Source of the DNA: Lama guanicoe
Taxonomy: Eukaryota
Assembly: GCA_013239625.1 (NCBI GenBank)
Contig: MU054391.1
Coordinates: forward strand, 8,713,095-8,777,094
Length of the DNA: 64,000 nucleotides
Reading direction: 5' to 3'
A program made the position numbers and the translations under genes. Below the pieces are notes generated by a model that did not search any database, was not told where the DNA came from, and saw only the letters and a program-made list of their open reading frames with translations. Below, piece by piece: positions 24,955-39,225 of this stretch; the first letter of the stretch is position 1; each line of letters begins with the position of its first letter.

Positions 24955-25265
24955 TCATCCAGCCCACCAGTTATTAAATATTTATTGAATACCTAGCTAT
25001 GCCTGGCACCATGTTAGATTTAAAATGTCTAAGTATTAGTGAGACACGATGCTTACCTTCGTGCACTAACTCTTTTGATCGTCACAACAACCTATGAGGT
25101 AGGAAGCGTATCTACTTTTGTTGACGTAATAAAGTCGGGCAACTGTGTCTAGACACATTAGTAATTCAAGTAAAGTGCCCAAAGTCCATCTCACCTCCTA
25201 AGCTGCAGGGCTTGATATGAATCCTATTATTCTGACTCTCAATTTGCACTTCATTTTTTACTATA
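24955..25265 (-). mobile_element. L2 3' fragment followed by MIR
   Basis: aaatatttattgaatacctagctatgcctggcaccatg then gatcgtcacaacaacctatgaggtagg. Confidence 0.65.
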
Positions 25266-25394
25266 ACAGAAGTTGGCATTCTTCAACGTCCGTTCAGCTT
25301 TATCTCTCAGACTGGGTTTCCGTATTTCAGAAAGTACTCAGAATAATTTCCAGGCAACAATAACAACAACAAAACACTGGACTATTTTCTAGTA

Positions 25395-25608
25395 CAGTGA
25401 TGTATAAAAGATCTTTCTGTGATGATGGAAATGTTCTATATCTGCATTCTCCAACACAATATCCACGAGCTATATATGAATAGTGAACACTTGAAATGCA
25501 GCTAGTCTGCCTGAGGAGATAAAATGTTAATTTCATTTAATTTTAATTATTTTACATGTAATTTTTATTGCCACATATGGCTAGTAGATGCCCTAATGGG
25601 CAGCACAG
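25395..25608 (+). mobile_element. MER3 (hAT-Charlie) non-autonomous DNA transposon
   Basis: ctttctgtgatgatggaaatgttctatatctgc...cacttgaaatgcagctagt...gccacatatggctagt...gggcagcacag matches MER3 end to end. Confidence 0.9.
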
Positions 25609-26279
25609 TCAGAGCACCATTTTTACTTAAAGAATCACAGCAGAGCAGAGAAAGCAAATAATTCTTTACAAAACAACTAGATAAGTCATGGCATAGACTA
25701 AGCACATTGAATTAATGTTTAACTTTAAAATCAGAACTTCCTGGCAAGTTCTCATTTGCTGCTGCTTGAAATAGTCCCAAGATCCTTGAAGACTCTCCTT
25801 TCACCTTTGGGTCCTTAGATTGAAATGTCTGAGAAAATTTGAGTAAAATTAGAATTAGGATTCTTATTTATGAATTTTGATCTCTCATACTCAACAATTA
25901 ATTGAAAATAGAAAGTACAGTCATAAATCATAGGATTAAAGGCAATTGGGTCAAAATATGTAGGGCCAGAGAAAATTCACCCATTATCTGGTTCAAATGC
26001 CGAGAATTCAGAGACGTTATTGACTTTCTTATGTCTAAATAGTTAGTAAGTTGCAAAGTTGAGAGGTCAGGTTGAGAGATCAGGTCTCCAAGCTCTCAGG
26101 CCAGAATGTTTAAGATTCTCTCCAGCACTTTACTGACATTCAGCTTTGTCACACCCAGTTAAGCTTCTTGCCAATATCTCTTCCAAAAAAAGAAAAGGGA
26201 TTTTCTTCAGTCGCCTTTCCCTTATATGTTATGGCAGGTTAGTACAGCAATAGGAAACATTTTAAACGTGGAAGAATAT

Positions 26280-28213
26280 GTGAATTCAGTAAAGTTGCAG
26301 GATAGAAGATCAGCATACAGAAATCAGTTGCATTTCTATACACTAACAACAAACTATCCTGAAAGGAAATTAAGAAAACAATTCAGTTCACAATAGCACC
26401 AAAAGAATGAAATACTTAGGAATAAACTGAACCAAGGGGGTTATGGATCTATACACTGAGAATTATAAAATGCTGATGAAAGAAACTAAACACAGATAAA
26501 TGGAAAGATATCTGTGCTCAAGAACTGGAAGACTTAATATTGTTAAAATGCTCATACTACTCAGATTAATCTACAGTTTTCCTGCAATCCCTAAAAAATA
26601 TTCTAACAGCATTTTTAGAAAACTAGAAACAAAAACAACATAAAATTCATATGAAACCACAAAAGACCCCAAATAGTTAAATTAATCTTGATAAAGAAGA
26701 ATGCTGATGGTATCACACCTCCTGACTTCAAATTATATTATAAAGCTACAGTAAATAAAACCATATGGCACTGGCCTTGATAGACAATAGGCCAATGGAA
26801 CAGAACAGAGAGCCCAGAAAGAAACCCACACATATATGGTCAATTGAACATCAGTGAGGATAACAAAATACATGATGGAGAAAGGATGGATAGTCTCTTC
26901 AAAAAGTGGTGTTTAAAAAAACTGGGTATCACCATGCAAAAGAATTAAATTTGCTATTTATCTCACACCATATACAAACACAAGTCAAAACGGATTAAAA
27001 ATTTAACTGTTAGACTTGAAACCATAACTCAGATGAAAACACAGTGAAAAGCTTCTTGACATTGATGTTGGCAATGATGTCTTAGACACAGCACCAAAAG
27101 CACAAGAAACAAAAGCAAAAATAAACAAGTGGGAACTACATCAAACTCAAAAACTTCTGCATAGCAAAAGAAATGATCAACAGAGTAGAAAGATCCTTCC
27201 TACAGAATGGGAGAAAGTATTTGCAAACCATTTATCACATAAGAGGTTGCATGTAAAGTATGTAAGGAATTCCTACAACTCAATAGTAGAGAATGGGCAA
27301 AGAGAACTCTTAAAACTGAACAACGAAAAACCCAAGCCATTTGATTCAAAATTAGGCAAAGGACTTGAATAGACATTTCTCCAAAGGATATATGCAAACG
27401 GTCAATACGCACATGAAAGATGCTCATCATCGCTAATCATTAAGGAAATGCAAATCAAAACTACAATGAAATATCACCTTGCACTCATTAAAATGGCTAC
27501 TATTAAAAGAAAGAAAAAGGAAAAGAAGGTAACAAGTATTGGTATGAGGATGTGGAGAAACTGAAAGCCTTATGTAGTGTTGTGGGAAAGTAGAATGGTG
27601 AACTGTTGTGGAAAACAGTATGACAATTATTCAAAAAATTGAAAAGAGAATTGTTATTTCATCCAGCAATTCCACTTCTGACGTATACCCAAAAGAACTG
27701 AAAGCAGGGTTTTGAAGAGATATTTGTACACTCACATTGATAGCAATATTATTCACATTAGCTGAAATGTGGAAGCAACCCAGGTTTCCACTGATGGATA
27801 AATGGCCAAGCAAAATGTGGTTTATACACACAGTGAGATATTATTCAACCTTAAAAAGTAGAAAATTCTAACATATGCTGTAGCATGAATGAGCTTTGAG
27901 GACATTACTCTAAGTGAAATAAGCCAGTTCCACCTACCGGAGGTACTTGAAGTAGTTAAAGTCATAAAGACAGAAAACAGTATGGTCATTGCCAAGGGCT
28001 GGAGGAAGAGGGGAATGGGGAGTTACTTTTAAATGGATATAGAGTTTCAGCCAGGAAAGTCATGGAAGTTATAGAGTTATGGATGGATAGTGGTCGTGGA
28101 TACACAACACTATGAATGTGTTTAATACTGCTGAATTGTATACTTTAAAGTGTTTAAGGTGATATATTTTATGTTAGGTGTATTTTACAACTTTAAAAAT
28201 TTGGAAAAAGAAA
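26280..28213 (+). mobile_element. 5'-truncated L1 (L1MB-like): ORF2 C-terminal half plus 3' UTR
   Basis: gaattcagtaaagttgcaggatagaagatcagcatacagaaatcagttgcatttctatacactaacaac through ctgaattgtatactttaaag...ttttatgttaggtgtattttacaac and an A-rich tail. Confidence 0.95.
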
Positions 28214-28364
28214 ACAACCAGAAACATAGTTCGGAACAGCCCACGTTAGAAACTATAAACTGTCACATGCTTTCATCCAGTTATTCTACAACTAGGCACT
28301 TACAGAAAAGAAGGTGTTAAGGATACGTACAAAGATCTAGCTTTAGATAGGTTCACCATTGAGA

Positions 28365-28620
28365 GATGACAGTGTAATATAAAAGTTAAGCCCAGAGCCT
28401 TGGGATTCTTGTCTGCTTGCATTTTAATCAAGCTCCACCACTTAACTCACTAGCTGTGTGACCTTAGACAGATCACTTACTCTCTCTGTGATTAATTTCC
28501 CAATTTATAAGAGAAGGAAAATAATAGTCCCCAATTCAGACATATTTTAGTAGTGATTATATTTAACATACCTAAAGTACTTAGAACAATATATTGGCAA
28601 GCACCATATAAATATTTGAA
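28365..28620 (+). mobile_element. MIR SINE within older L1 3' remnants
   Basis: cactagctgtgtgaccttagacagatcacttactctctctgtg...aaagtacttagaaca. Confidence 0.75.
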
Positions 28621-28789
28621 AAAAAATGGACACAACCTAAATATCCAATATTAGGGGATGCTCATGGAACAATCATATGATGAATATCACGCACATATTA
28701 AAAATCTAAAAATATTTTAGAAGAATTTTGATCACATAGAGAGACACAATTTTATTAAGTGAGAAGAAAAATAAAGCTGGTTACCAAAC

Positions 28790-29607
28790 AAAAAAGGGGG
28801 AAAGGGCTTGAATAAACATTTCTCCAAAGAAGATACACAAATGGACAACAGGTATATAAAAAGATTCTCAACATCATTAACCATGAGGGAAATGCAAATC
28901 GAATTGACAACGAGCTATCACCTCACACCCGTAGGGTGACTATTATCAAAAACACCAAAAAGATGCATTGGCAAGGATACAGAGAAATTGGAATCCTTTA
29001 CACTACAGGAAGAATGTAAAATGAGGTAGCAGCTATGGAAAACAGTATGGAGATTCCACAAATATTTCAAAATATAATTACCATATGATCCGGCAATCCC
29101 ACTTCTGGGTGTGTATACAAAAGAATTAAAATCAGGGTCCCAGAGAGATATCTGCACTCCCATGTTCGCTGTAGCATTATTCACAATAGTCAAGATATGG
29201 AAACAGCCAAAATGTTCTTCAACAGATGAATGGGTTAACAAAATGGGGTATATACACACAATGGAATATCATTCAGCCTCCAAAAAGAAGGAAATCCTGC
29301 TCTTTTGACAACATGAATGAGCCTGGAGGATATTATGCAAAGTGAAATAAACCAGACACAGAAAGACAAATGCTTCCTCTTAGTTGAGGTATTTAAATAG
29401 TGAAACTTAAACAGGGCAGAATGGGGCTGGGGAAGGGGGAGTGGGGATCAGTGAGCAAAGGTGTCAGTTAAGCAAGATGAATAAACTCTAAAAATCCACG
29501 GTACAACACTGTGCTATAGTTAACAATTGCGTATCACACACTTAAACATTTGTGAAGATGGTAGAGGTCATATTAAGGATTCTTTCCACAACAATAAATA
29601 AATAAAT
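28790..29607 (+). mobile_element. 5'-truncated L1 (L1MA9-like) 3' end
   Basis: ORF 29111-29308 gives the L1 ORF2 C-terminus ([22 protein letters not shown]); 3' UTR tcagttaagcaagatgaataaactcta...tatagttaacaat and (AAAT)n tail. Confidence 0.93.
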
Positions 29608-30935
29608 ATAACGTGAAAGACAAGTGATATTTTAAATATACCCCCTGCCACAGGGAAGAAAGGAAAATAATGTACCCAGATGGGAGTTCCCTGCTTCCAT
29701 GTGTAACTGTGGGAAGCACAGAAGCCTCACTGGGACTCAGAGAAGACGTGAGAGATTTCCCAGTAGACTGTTTTATATAGCATCTCTCCAGACCTGTTAT
29801 GAAATAGAAGTGATCATTAGCAGACGTGAATAACCTATTTGGAAATGCGCACCAAACTGTTTATGTTGTTTTCATGGACTGGCATGAGCCTCGGGGGCGT
29901 TGCCTTGGAATTCTGAGATAGTATCGCTCCCCCAGATTACCAGAGTAGCTGTTCCGAGAACACAGAGCATAAAGTTAAGGGCACATTCCGCTGGAGACAG
30001 GCATGTTTTTAAAGAGAAAACTCTCATCACCACAGATGTCTGCAGTGTTCATCTCATGAGAAAGGGGTTAACAAGATTATGCCCCTACCTGTTATTCCCT
30101 TTCTGATGTATATATATAAAAAAAGTCGGTATACAAGAAGGCAAGGGATAATATGGTCTAATATTCACAGGCTAGTAATTCCTTTGACTTCTTTTACTTA
30201 TTTAGGTACCAGTGTTTATAATCTATGGCCATTAGAACAAAATTAAATATTGTCCATTTTCCCATCTCCAATGTAGCTAGCAAACCAAAATGCCCAAATT
30301 ACTCACTGCTATCTGAATTAACAAAATGATAGGATTGCCAAGTCAAGCTCAGACACATCAGACAGATCTTATTTAGCATCAGATGTTACTAATAATCCCA
30401 AGGACACTGGCCATGAAGAGGCTCAGGCAAAGCAGAGGCTAAAATGTTAAGATCCGTCTTCCTGGATCAGACCTGTGGTCTCTGGTCAAGAATAAGAGAT
30501 GGGATCTTCAAGTGAGGATTAAAGGTTATTACCCAACACAGTGAAGAGTATTTAAGTTCTGGAACATCTCCATTTTGTATCTCAGAGGGTTGTATCAGTT
30601 CAGGGAGCCAAAGCTTGTTGATTCTAAGTTTATTTTCAATTAGTAATCCTTTACCCAGAGAAGATCCTGCTCAGGGCTTTTATTAAATAAAGTCTCTTCC
30701 TCCAAGCAAATATTATTACTCTATCTAACTGAAGGTTTGTTGACAAGGAGACTAGACAGTCATCTGCCTTCTTTTTCTTTATCTATTCCAAGGATGCACT
30801 GACCCCAAATGAAAAAAAAATGGGTCATGTGCCAGCTGTTTTAACTCCTCACTTCTAATCACCAGGAAAAACAAGCTGCATGGAATAAGATGACTAGTAT
30901 TTTGAGCCAGGTGTATATTTTAGAATCCTCTGCAA

Positions 30936-30990
30936 ATATATACATATATATAATATATATATACACACACACACACACTCACACATATAT
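30936..30990. repeat. (TA)n(CA)n compound microsatellite
   Basis: Seen directly. Confidence 0.85.
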
Positions 30991-31693
30991 TTGTAATACA
31001 TCCACCAACGTCTAATATCCAGAGGTTATGATTAGTGAGTCTCTGATGGGGCCTGTTCTTCTCCATCTTCTTCTTTTTTTTTTTTTTAATGTATTCCACT
31101 GACAATTGAAAACTGCCATAAAATCTAGAGAGTAATCAAGACTCATCCATCCCTTTACTCCCAATTTGATTTTAATGTGTTCTCAGTCAACTAAAGTCAC
31201 TACTACAAGTCTTGCCCTGGCCAGCGCTGTCTGGGGAAAACTGTGTTCGTATGAAAGCGGTCACTTTGTCTCAGTGCTGTAAGTGCATCACAGAAGTGAG
31301 CCTACGTCTAGGACAAAAACTTGGGACTTTCTCGTATAAAGACACCATCAGCATCATCCAGGGATGCACTTACGAGGTTCCAGGTAAACAGAAAATGAAA
31401 ACTTCAAATATAGTCTAGTGTTTAAGCCCACTGGATTTGAGAATGCATTTCAAGGATTATAAAGATGTGCTTAAAAGATGGACTTTACAGAGAGGAATGG
31501 AGAGGAGAAAGAGCCTCCGAAGCAGAATTCTTGTCAGCTCCTCACTCGGATTCAACCAACAGGCAGCCACAGTTTGATTAATTTGTATATTGGGTGGCTA
31601 ACAGAATTTAGTTCAGTAATACCTAATTTTAGGCTGTGACCAAGGTACTTGCTACAGATAGGTAATACTTTCAGCACTAAATATTGTATTTCC

Positions 31694-31912
31694 TGTATTG
31701 GAGTTCCTCAGAGAACGAGAACCAATAGCACGTGTGTGCACATTTGTATAGATATAGAATAGATAGATAGATAAGTAGATGATAGATTTTAAGAAATTAT
31801 GTGGGCTGGTAAGTTTGAAATATACTAGGCTGTCCGGAAGGCTGGGAATTCCAGCAGGCACGGTCTGAAAATAGAATTGTCTCCTCCTGGGGGACCTCAG
31901 TCTTTTCTTCTA
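31694..31912 (-). mobile_element. MLT2 (ERVL) LTR 3' part with internal (GATA)n
   Basis: tgtattggagttcctcagagaacgagaaccaatag...gggctggtaagtttgaaat...ctcctcctgggggacctcagtctttt. Confidence 0.85.
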
Positions 31913-31914
31913 CA

Positions 31915-32150
31915 GAAGAATCAGGATGCAAGATTTCTGCCATTGTGCCTGGACATACGGCAGCTCTTCAGATGGAGACCCAGTTTGCACAATGGGCAGG
32001 ACTTCGGCGGAAAAGAGAAGAAATACAGTTCGGTCATACTGAGTTTGAGTTGCCTTTTAAAATCCACGAAGTATCAAATAGACAGGTGAACACACAGGTT
32101 TGTAACTCAAGGGTGACTTTCTGACAATAAATGCAAGCGATAAATAGCTG
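31915..32150 (-). mobile_element. L2 fragment
   Basis: cagttcggtcatactgagtttgagttgcctttt...aaatagacaggtgaacacacaggtttgtaactcaag. Confidence 0.6.
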
Positions 32151-32569
32151 ACACAAGTGACGGAGGATAATCAGTTTTTTAAACCTTGCTTTATAATAAT
32201 GCCAGCAGAAAACAGAGTTAAATCCTGCACAAGCGAGTCTGGAACCGCTAACTGAACTGACCATGGATGCACTAGGTCTGTACATCAATACTCCAGGAGC
32301 TGCCTCGTCAGCTACGCTTTGTCTAGCAGGAGAATTAAGTCTTCAGTGACAGGAAAATAGGCTAATACAGCCCATTTCTCGGCTTGTTTTAATCTTATTT
32401 GCTAACATATTTACATTGTCTTTTTATAGAAACACCAGAACAAATTTACCTGAAAGAAAAAAAAAGAGAGAGAGAGAGAAAGAAAAAGAAAGAAGTTTCT
32501 GGGGAAAAAAATACCAACCACCTAGTCACAGAGTAGGAGGTAAAAGAACCAAGGTATCAGAATAAGAGA

Positions 32570-33065
32570 AATAATAATGATCATTAGAATATACTGGGAG
32601 ACTTCCATGTACCATGTTATGAAACATTCTATATTGTATCAACGTTCTACGTTCTAGTCTCTTTACCGAGATTAAACCACTTACTCTTCAGAGCAGCCAC
32701 AAGAGACAATTACTGTGTGTATCCCCATTTCACAGGTGGTGATAAAGCACAGAGAATTTAAATCTACCAAGTTCATCCAACCACTAATCGGTCGGGTAGG
32801 ATGCTTTACCAGGATGTTTAACTGACTTCTGGAGAAGAAGTGTGGTATCTAGACTAATCGTATATTATGTCTTGATTAGCACTGGAGATGGGGAAATGGA
32901 AAAAATGTGAAGGAAGAAGATATTACTTGAGTCCCAACTGGGCTATGTTCTCACTGTGTGACTGGATTAATTACCCCACTGAGTCTCAAAGTTCTCATTT
33001 CTAAAATATATTGGAGCTTCTATGATATGCTACATATGAAATTAATATAGTGCTGGATACACATT
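32570..33065. mobile_element. MIR fragments (antisense about 32570-32830; sense about 32920-33065)
   Basis: tatccccatttcacaggtggtgataaagcacagaga; cccactgagtctcaaagttctcatttctaaaat. Confidence 0.6.
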
Positions 33066-35309
33066 TATCCCTTTCCTATCTTCTTAAAAAAGGAACTCTT
33101 TGATCTAAGATCCCCAGATATATTTTGTGTATGCCATGAAATTATATGTAAAAATTCATGTCTGCACATATTTTCACTTACCTGATTAAAAGGACCATTC
33201 TGGGCAAAAGAGTCTTTTTATTCATAAGATTATAAGAAACAAAAAAAAAAAAAAAGAAAAGAAAAGAAATTCTACCCTGTAGCATTATATTAAAATTAAG
33301 ACATGTGACACAGTACTCTGAAAATGTTTTAAAGTGCCAGAAAAACTCTTGAAATCTTTTAATTTACCTTCATGGGAAATATTTTAGGTGTAACAATGTA
33401 TGTTACATAAATAATGACATCACAAATTCTAAGCTGTGCTTATTAATTTGGGTAATATTTTGATAAGTTTGTGTGTATATGTGCCTGTGTGAGAGGGAAA
33501 AAAAGAGCAAGCGCTCAGGAGTGTTTTTCAAGTTCTTAGACTCAAGGAAAAGTTTTCAATTTTAGACCTAATTAGTAAGGTCCTGTGTTACTCAGTGAGT
33601 TTTATGCTCAACATTTGATTCTGTATATGCATGAAGAAATATATGCAATTGTCATTTCTATTATAAATCAAAAGTAATAAAAATGGTCCCGTTTTATGGG
33701 AAATGAGTGCAGTGTGTGCTGTTTCTTTATGGCCTTTATATTTCTAGCTGGCCAAAAGCATCCCTTATTTCATGCTATACAGCTGTCAGCCTAGGAAGAG
33801 CCAAGAAGAAGAATGACGGAATAAATGTGCATCTGGCATTTGTGTCCTTTTGCTAGGAAAGGTGAAGCCGGGATTTCTTCTTTGTGATGAAGAGCTCAGA
33901 ATGAGGTCTTTTTACAACAATACCCCAGACATCCTTCTCAGAGCAAAACCATCGCTTCCTGTGGGGCGTTCCGCATGAGAGGATGCAAAAAGCGTCTAAA
34001 GGATTTGCAGTTGAAAATGACTCAGTTTAAAAGAAATGCAAACGAACCTGGTAAATCTTTGGCCAAACTAAGAAAAATTCCCAAAAGTACAGAGAGCCAA
34101 GGTTGAAAACCTGGCTCTGCCCCTCCACCTGTTTCCTAATTCCAAGCATCACTGAATAGTAAATTTAAAGGTCAAAAGGACTTGAGAGCTCACCTAGTTT
34201 GGTGGCTTAAAAAGTTAAGCTGTAAACATTGTTTTACAAAATGTTTTTAAAGGTTATATTTCTTTCTCCTCTCTCATGGGGTCTTATATTATTTTCCAAT
34301 ATAAAAAACAGATGAGAATTAAAATTATTTGACAGATTTAAAAAAGAACATGACATTCTAAGAGGTCATCCTCCATGTTTGCGCCTTATCTGAGCCTCTT
34401 AGTCAACGTTATAGACGTCTTAGTTTCTATAAACGCGGTTTTAAAATCACTCATTTAGTCCAAAGTTTCTTGAGTTGTTTTTAAAGCCAATATGCTGATT
34501 GACACAAGCCTAAATTTGAGGAATCTATTGTATGGTATTCCTGACAAAAGACTGGTCAGCCTTTGTTTTAATAACCCTACCAACACAATATTCAATCTTT
34601 TCATTACTATGAATTTTTAATCATCAGGAAGTTCTGACAGTCAATTTAAGTCATCATTCAAGTCATCAACCATAAATTCTGTCTATAGAGGAAAAAATTG
34701 CATGTTTGTTTTTTGAAAATTTGAGATCTTCTCATTTTCAGAATTTTTCCTATACATGGTTCCTAGAACCATCTCTATTTTGGCTGCACTCCTCTGAATT
34801 ATTTTTATCTTATTTCTATCTATTTAAAAATATGTCATCAAGAAATACAGAAGTAGTGTTCTGTCAAAATCATGCGATTTTGTTCATATAATTTTAAGGA
34901 AGTCATCTGGGGCCATATCAATACTTAAAATGTGAATAATTGAAAAAATTCATTACATTTGCATATCTAACATTATATCATACACTGATACTATGAAACA
35001 CTTTCACACATGTTATTTCATTTGCTTCTAATTTAATCTTGCAATGATAAGTAACATCTACATTTTCCAAGTTAAAAAAAAAACTATTCAAAGGGGCAAG
35101 TCAATATAGCAGGAATTAATTAGACAGTGACAAGTCTAGGGGTAAAATCTGAACTAATGTCCCCCCAGGCATATAATCTTAGTTAAGCGGCTATAAAAGA
35201 GCTGGTATTTACTAAATAGCAATTATATGTGCTGCATAATATGCGGTATCAAATAGGGTGCTATATGACAGCATGAAATGCTGTGAAAAACACAGCTGTT
35301 GATCATTGG

Positions 35310-37305
35310 GGAGTTTCACTTTGGACAAGACAGCATGAGGAGCTGTGTGGATCTGCTCCCCAGCAAAACAGGTCGATTAAAAAAAGTTAAAGTCAAACAT
35401 AATTATGTGAAGAAATAGTTATTCAAGAAAAAACAAAAGTAAGAATAGTAAGAAAAGTGAGAAACTGGCGTACATACGTGGCGGAGGCTCCACCTTGGTC
35501 ATGGGGCTGCTGACAATACTAAGACCTCAGTCCCCCTGGTCCCAGCTTCTGGGGCAATGGTTCCATACCTGGTGAAGGAAACTGAGGCAACCTGAGACTG
35601 CTGCCCACTCCCGAGGGGTATTCAGATTCTAAAGCAGGGGTGTCACTTAAGGGAAGCATGCCACTGTCTCGGCGCCCAGCCACAGAGCCCTGGCCTGGGG
35701 ATTATGCCTTCAGAGGAAGCTGACTATTAAAGGGAGAGTTCTGAGTTTCTTCACAAAGAAACTGCCTTTATTTGTAACAGTGAGAAGAAGTACAAGGCTA
35801 AGAGTGCTCTCAAAAACTGTGGAGGTTGTAGTGAAATGGGGAGAAGACTGATAGATTTATTGAAGATGCAGATTTAACTTAGGCTGGCCAGTTTACCGGA
35901 GACAAACAGGGAGCGCTGAGAAGGGAACTCAAACCTGAAGACGTCAGAACAAATCTTTACCAGTAGCCTCCGGCACTATCCTTTCGAAGGAGTCCAGATT
36001 TGATTGGAGTGGTTTGTGGAACAATTTCATAGCCCAGGAATGGCTTAAAACAATAAAACGCTCACCTTGCAACTCGAATATTTTAAAAGTTGGGTGTGGC
36101 CAGGGAAAATGACATTCAAAGAAAGCCCTGCCCACATCACGGTCATCCCTCGGCGACTATGAGCATAGCCAGCGCTGCACCCCCGAGAAGCATCCTCAGA
36201 GGCCCCACAGTGCAGGCGTGGAGTGAGAGGAAGACTTTGCCAAAATAATCCTGCTACTTACTAAAAAGTAAAGGTGCCAATAACATGAACACGCTCCGCC
36301 ATATGGACCAATATCCAGAGTTGCTACAATATTGTCTAAAATGGCCGGTTGTTACCCATTTATGACACATGTAGAGAAGTAAGAAACTCTGACCTATACA
36401 TAAAAAAGCAGCCAGAAGAAATAGCCTGTAATAACTAGACGTTGAATGTAATAGACAGAGATTTCAAAGTAGCCATTATAAATATATTAATAACTAAAGA
36501 AAATCGTAATGAAAAAAGGAAAGGAAGGCATGGTGAGAATGTTGAGTCAAATAAAAATATAAATAAAAATAAGTGTTAGAAGGTCTGCATGAAATTCTGG
36601 AGTTGAAATGTGTAACAGCCGGAATGCAGCATTTACCTCAGGGACTCGACAGCAGATTTGAAACCCCAAGGTGAAGAATCTGTAAACCTGAATATAGATT
36701 GATAGAGATGATGAAATTAAAGAACAGAGAGAAAAAGTAATGAAGAAAAATGAACAGAGGCTCAAAGAGATGTGGGGTACCATTAAGAGCACCAACACAT
36801 GCATAATAAAGTGACAGAAAAAGATGAAAGAGAGAAAGCTTCAAAAAAAATTTGAAGAAATAATGACTGAAAACTTTCTGAATTTATTGAAAGACATTAA
36901 TCTACACATTAAGGAACCTCAATAAACTCTAAGTAGAATGAACACCATGGAATCCACTAAGGGACACATGATAGTAAAAATGCTGAGAGTCAAAAGAAGG
37001 AAAAATCTTGAAAGCAGCAAAAAGGTTGTGGAATAACATTAAAAGTGCTCAAATGTGGGAAAACAAAAGTCAACAAAGAGTCCTGTATACAGCAAAGCTA
37101 CTTTTCAAAAATGATGATAAAAGACTTTCTCAAATAAAAATTGAGATGGAATCCTACTTGTTTATTTTGATTTGTTGCCCTATTTTTCTTTCAACTTCCT
37201 TCCAAAACATAAAATTATATGAACTAACAAATATAACAAAGTATTGTTGGGTTTGTGACATATATGAAGTTAATATGAAAAATAATAGTACAACAAAAAT
37301 GTTGT
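35310..37305 (+). mobile_element. L1M 5' portion (5' UTR, decayed ORF1, inter-ORF), 3'-truncated
   Basis: GC-richer 5' UTR from about 35310; ORF1 landmarks gaaattctggagttgaaa, gaagaaaaatgaacagaggctcaaagagatgtggggtaccattaag, tttgaagaaataatgactgaaaacttt, aaaatcttgaaagcagcaa. Confidence 0.85.
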
Positions 37306-37580
37306 GAGCATCCAGGCACCATCTTCAGTGAGAAACTGCTCTTGACCACTCAGGTGCTCAAGTCATGCTCCAGTAGAGCCCCGAGCTTGCCTCTATGATA
37401 CCACTTGCCATGTCATACAGCTATTGTCTCCTTATGTCTATCTTATTCACGTGAAAATAATCTTCCTTGTGGACTATTGTTTGGCATAAAAAAAGGAATG
37501 ATGATCTTTCTACTCTGAAAACCTAGCAAAGTATTGGGACCTCAAAGAAGAGATCAACAGCATTTATTGAATTGAACAGA
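37306..37580 (+). mobile_element. L2 3' fragment
   Basis: caccatcttcagtgagaaactgctcttgacc...acctagcaaagtattgggac...catttattgaattgaa. Confidence 0.6.
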
Positions 37581-38489
37581 ACAGTTTCTGAGACTGGCTC
37601 TTTTAAATAATTTGCCTACAGTGTGTATGTGGGGGGGGGGTGCATACACAGGGTTTTAAAGACACAAGGATGACACTGTAAATTAATACATATATGAAGC
37701 CACGATCTGTGCCCATCATTATCTGCTATCTACATTATATTACATTTGTTATATTTCATCTCACATCAGCCATTGTAATTTGGCCATAATTTGATAGAAT
37801 TATTTATAATCTCACAAGGAAACAATTTTGACACACAAAGTTCATTTTGATGCTAAAATTTTGATGCATTTGTCAGAAAGGCAGCCCCATTGCATTGAAG
37901 CCACACTTCAAAGACATACACTGCATCAGGCTGTCAGGTACAATTAGAAAGTTTAGAAAGAACAACTGAAAAGATTTTCAAGACAAAGCAGAGTAAACTC
38001 AAATTAGTCACACCAACTTTTTATAGTTTCAGAGTTCCCATCTGTGAAAATTATGGTCCATTAGAAATGAAAATGGGTAAGTTAACAGAATAAAGTGGTA
38101 CTAATCAAATATTCCAAAGATGAAAGCAAAATCTCTGAGCATTAATTTATTTACAGCATGAATAATTTAATATCCACCTCAGATTTAATTACAAGTCATG
38201 GTCAATTAACTAATTTAGTAACAATGTGTAAATAATGGATAATTTCTATGCACTAGATGAAACTTTAAGGACTGCAGTAACAGCAAGCAAATCATAAGCA
38301 AGGGGATTGTCTTCCCAAACATTTCTGACAATGAAAAAAAAATGGTTTTTAACTTTACAACTGGGATTGAATATGAATATTACCCATAGATTTTCTTACA
38401 AATCCTGGAGTTAGAAAAGTATCAATGTGGATACACATTTGTCTACATTACATTTTTGTTATAACTACTTATAACCATAAAATTGGAAG

Positions 38490-38725
38490 TCAGTATTTGA
38501 CTTAAAATATGAAGAGCATTGTTCTGAGAGCCTTTCATTTATAAATTCATTAAATTCTCGTAACAATACTAAAAAGTAGATACTATTCTAATCTTTAATT
38601 GGCAGTTCAGAAACCAAGGCACAAAGAGAATACAAACTTGCCCAGTTTCAGAGAATAAATGGCAGAGCTGGGTAAACTTAGAAAATTGGACTCCAGAGTC
38701 TGCCCTTGAAACTGCTGGACTTCAC
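38490..38725 (-). mobile_element. MIR SINE
   Basis: cattaaattctcgtaacaatac...gaaaccaaggcacaaagag...aacttgcccag...ggcagagctggg...gactccagagtc. Confidence 0.75.
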
Positions 38726-38758
38726 ACGGAGCAATTCAACACCCTTACTTAGATTAGA

Positions 38759-38800
38759 AATAATAATAATAACAACAACAATAATTAATAATAATAATAA
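38759..38800. repeat. (AAT)n/(AAC)n trinucleotide repeat
   Basis: Seen directly. Confidence 0.8.
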
Positions 38801-39034
38801 AAGAAATGATAACATGTTGATTAACATAAGAGATATCTTAACGTAAGCAGTTGCCATAACAGGTAATTATTACTCTCATGGAAAACGAATCTGTCAATTA
38901 AGAAGCTTCATTATTTCCCAAGTGGAACACTGGGCTCCAGGAAGGATCTCTGCTTGGTTGAGTTTGAATCTCTGACCTCTGAGTAACTCCTTGTTTCTTT
39001 ATGCCCAGCAGAAATTAGCAATGTGGCAGTTGGA

Positions 39035-39225
39035 GCAGGTAATGTTTTAGAGAGTTGAACCCTGGCTTTACCACTTGCTAATTTTGAGATTTCAGTGGAA
39101 CTAGTTCATTGCTCTAGGCTTCTGTGTTATTCTGCTAAGTGGGGATAATAATCACCAACTTATAGTTTGGAAATTACATGAATTGCAGAGGTAACTCTGC
39201 CAGGCATAGGGTCTGGCTGTGTACA
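39035..39225 (+). mobile_element. MIR SINE
   Basis: gagttgaaccctggctttaccacttgcta...aagtggggataataat. Confidence 0.6.

Noticed and set aside
27200..29308. Several 65-113-aa ORFs
   Set aside because: Sense or antisense readings of L1 ORF2/3' UTR remnants.
37665..37676. caaggatgacac match to the U6 snRNA core
   Set aside because: Only 12 nt; flanks do not follow U6.
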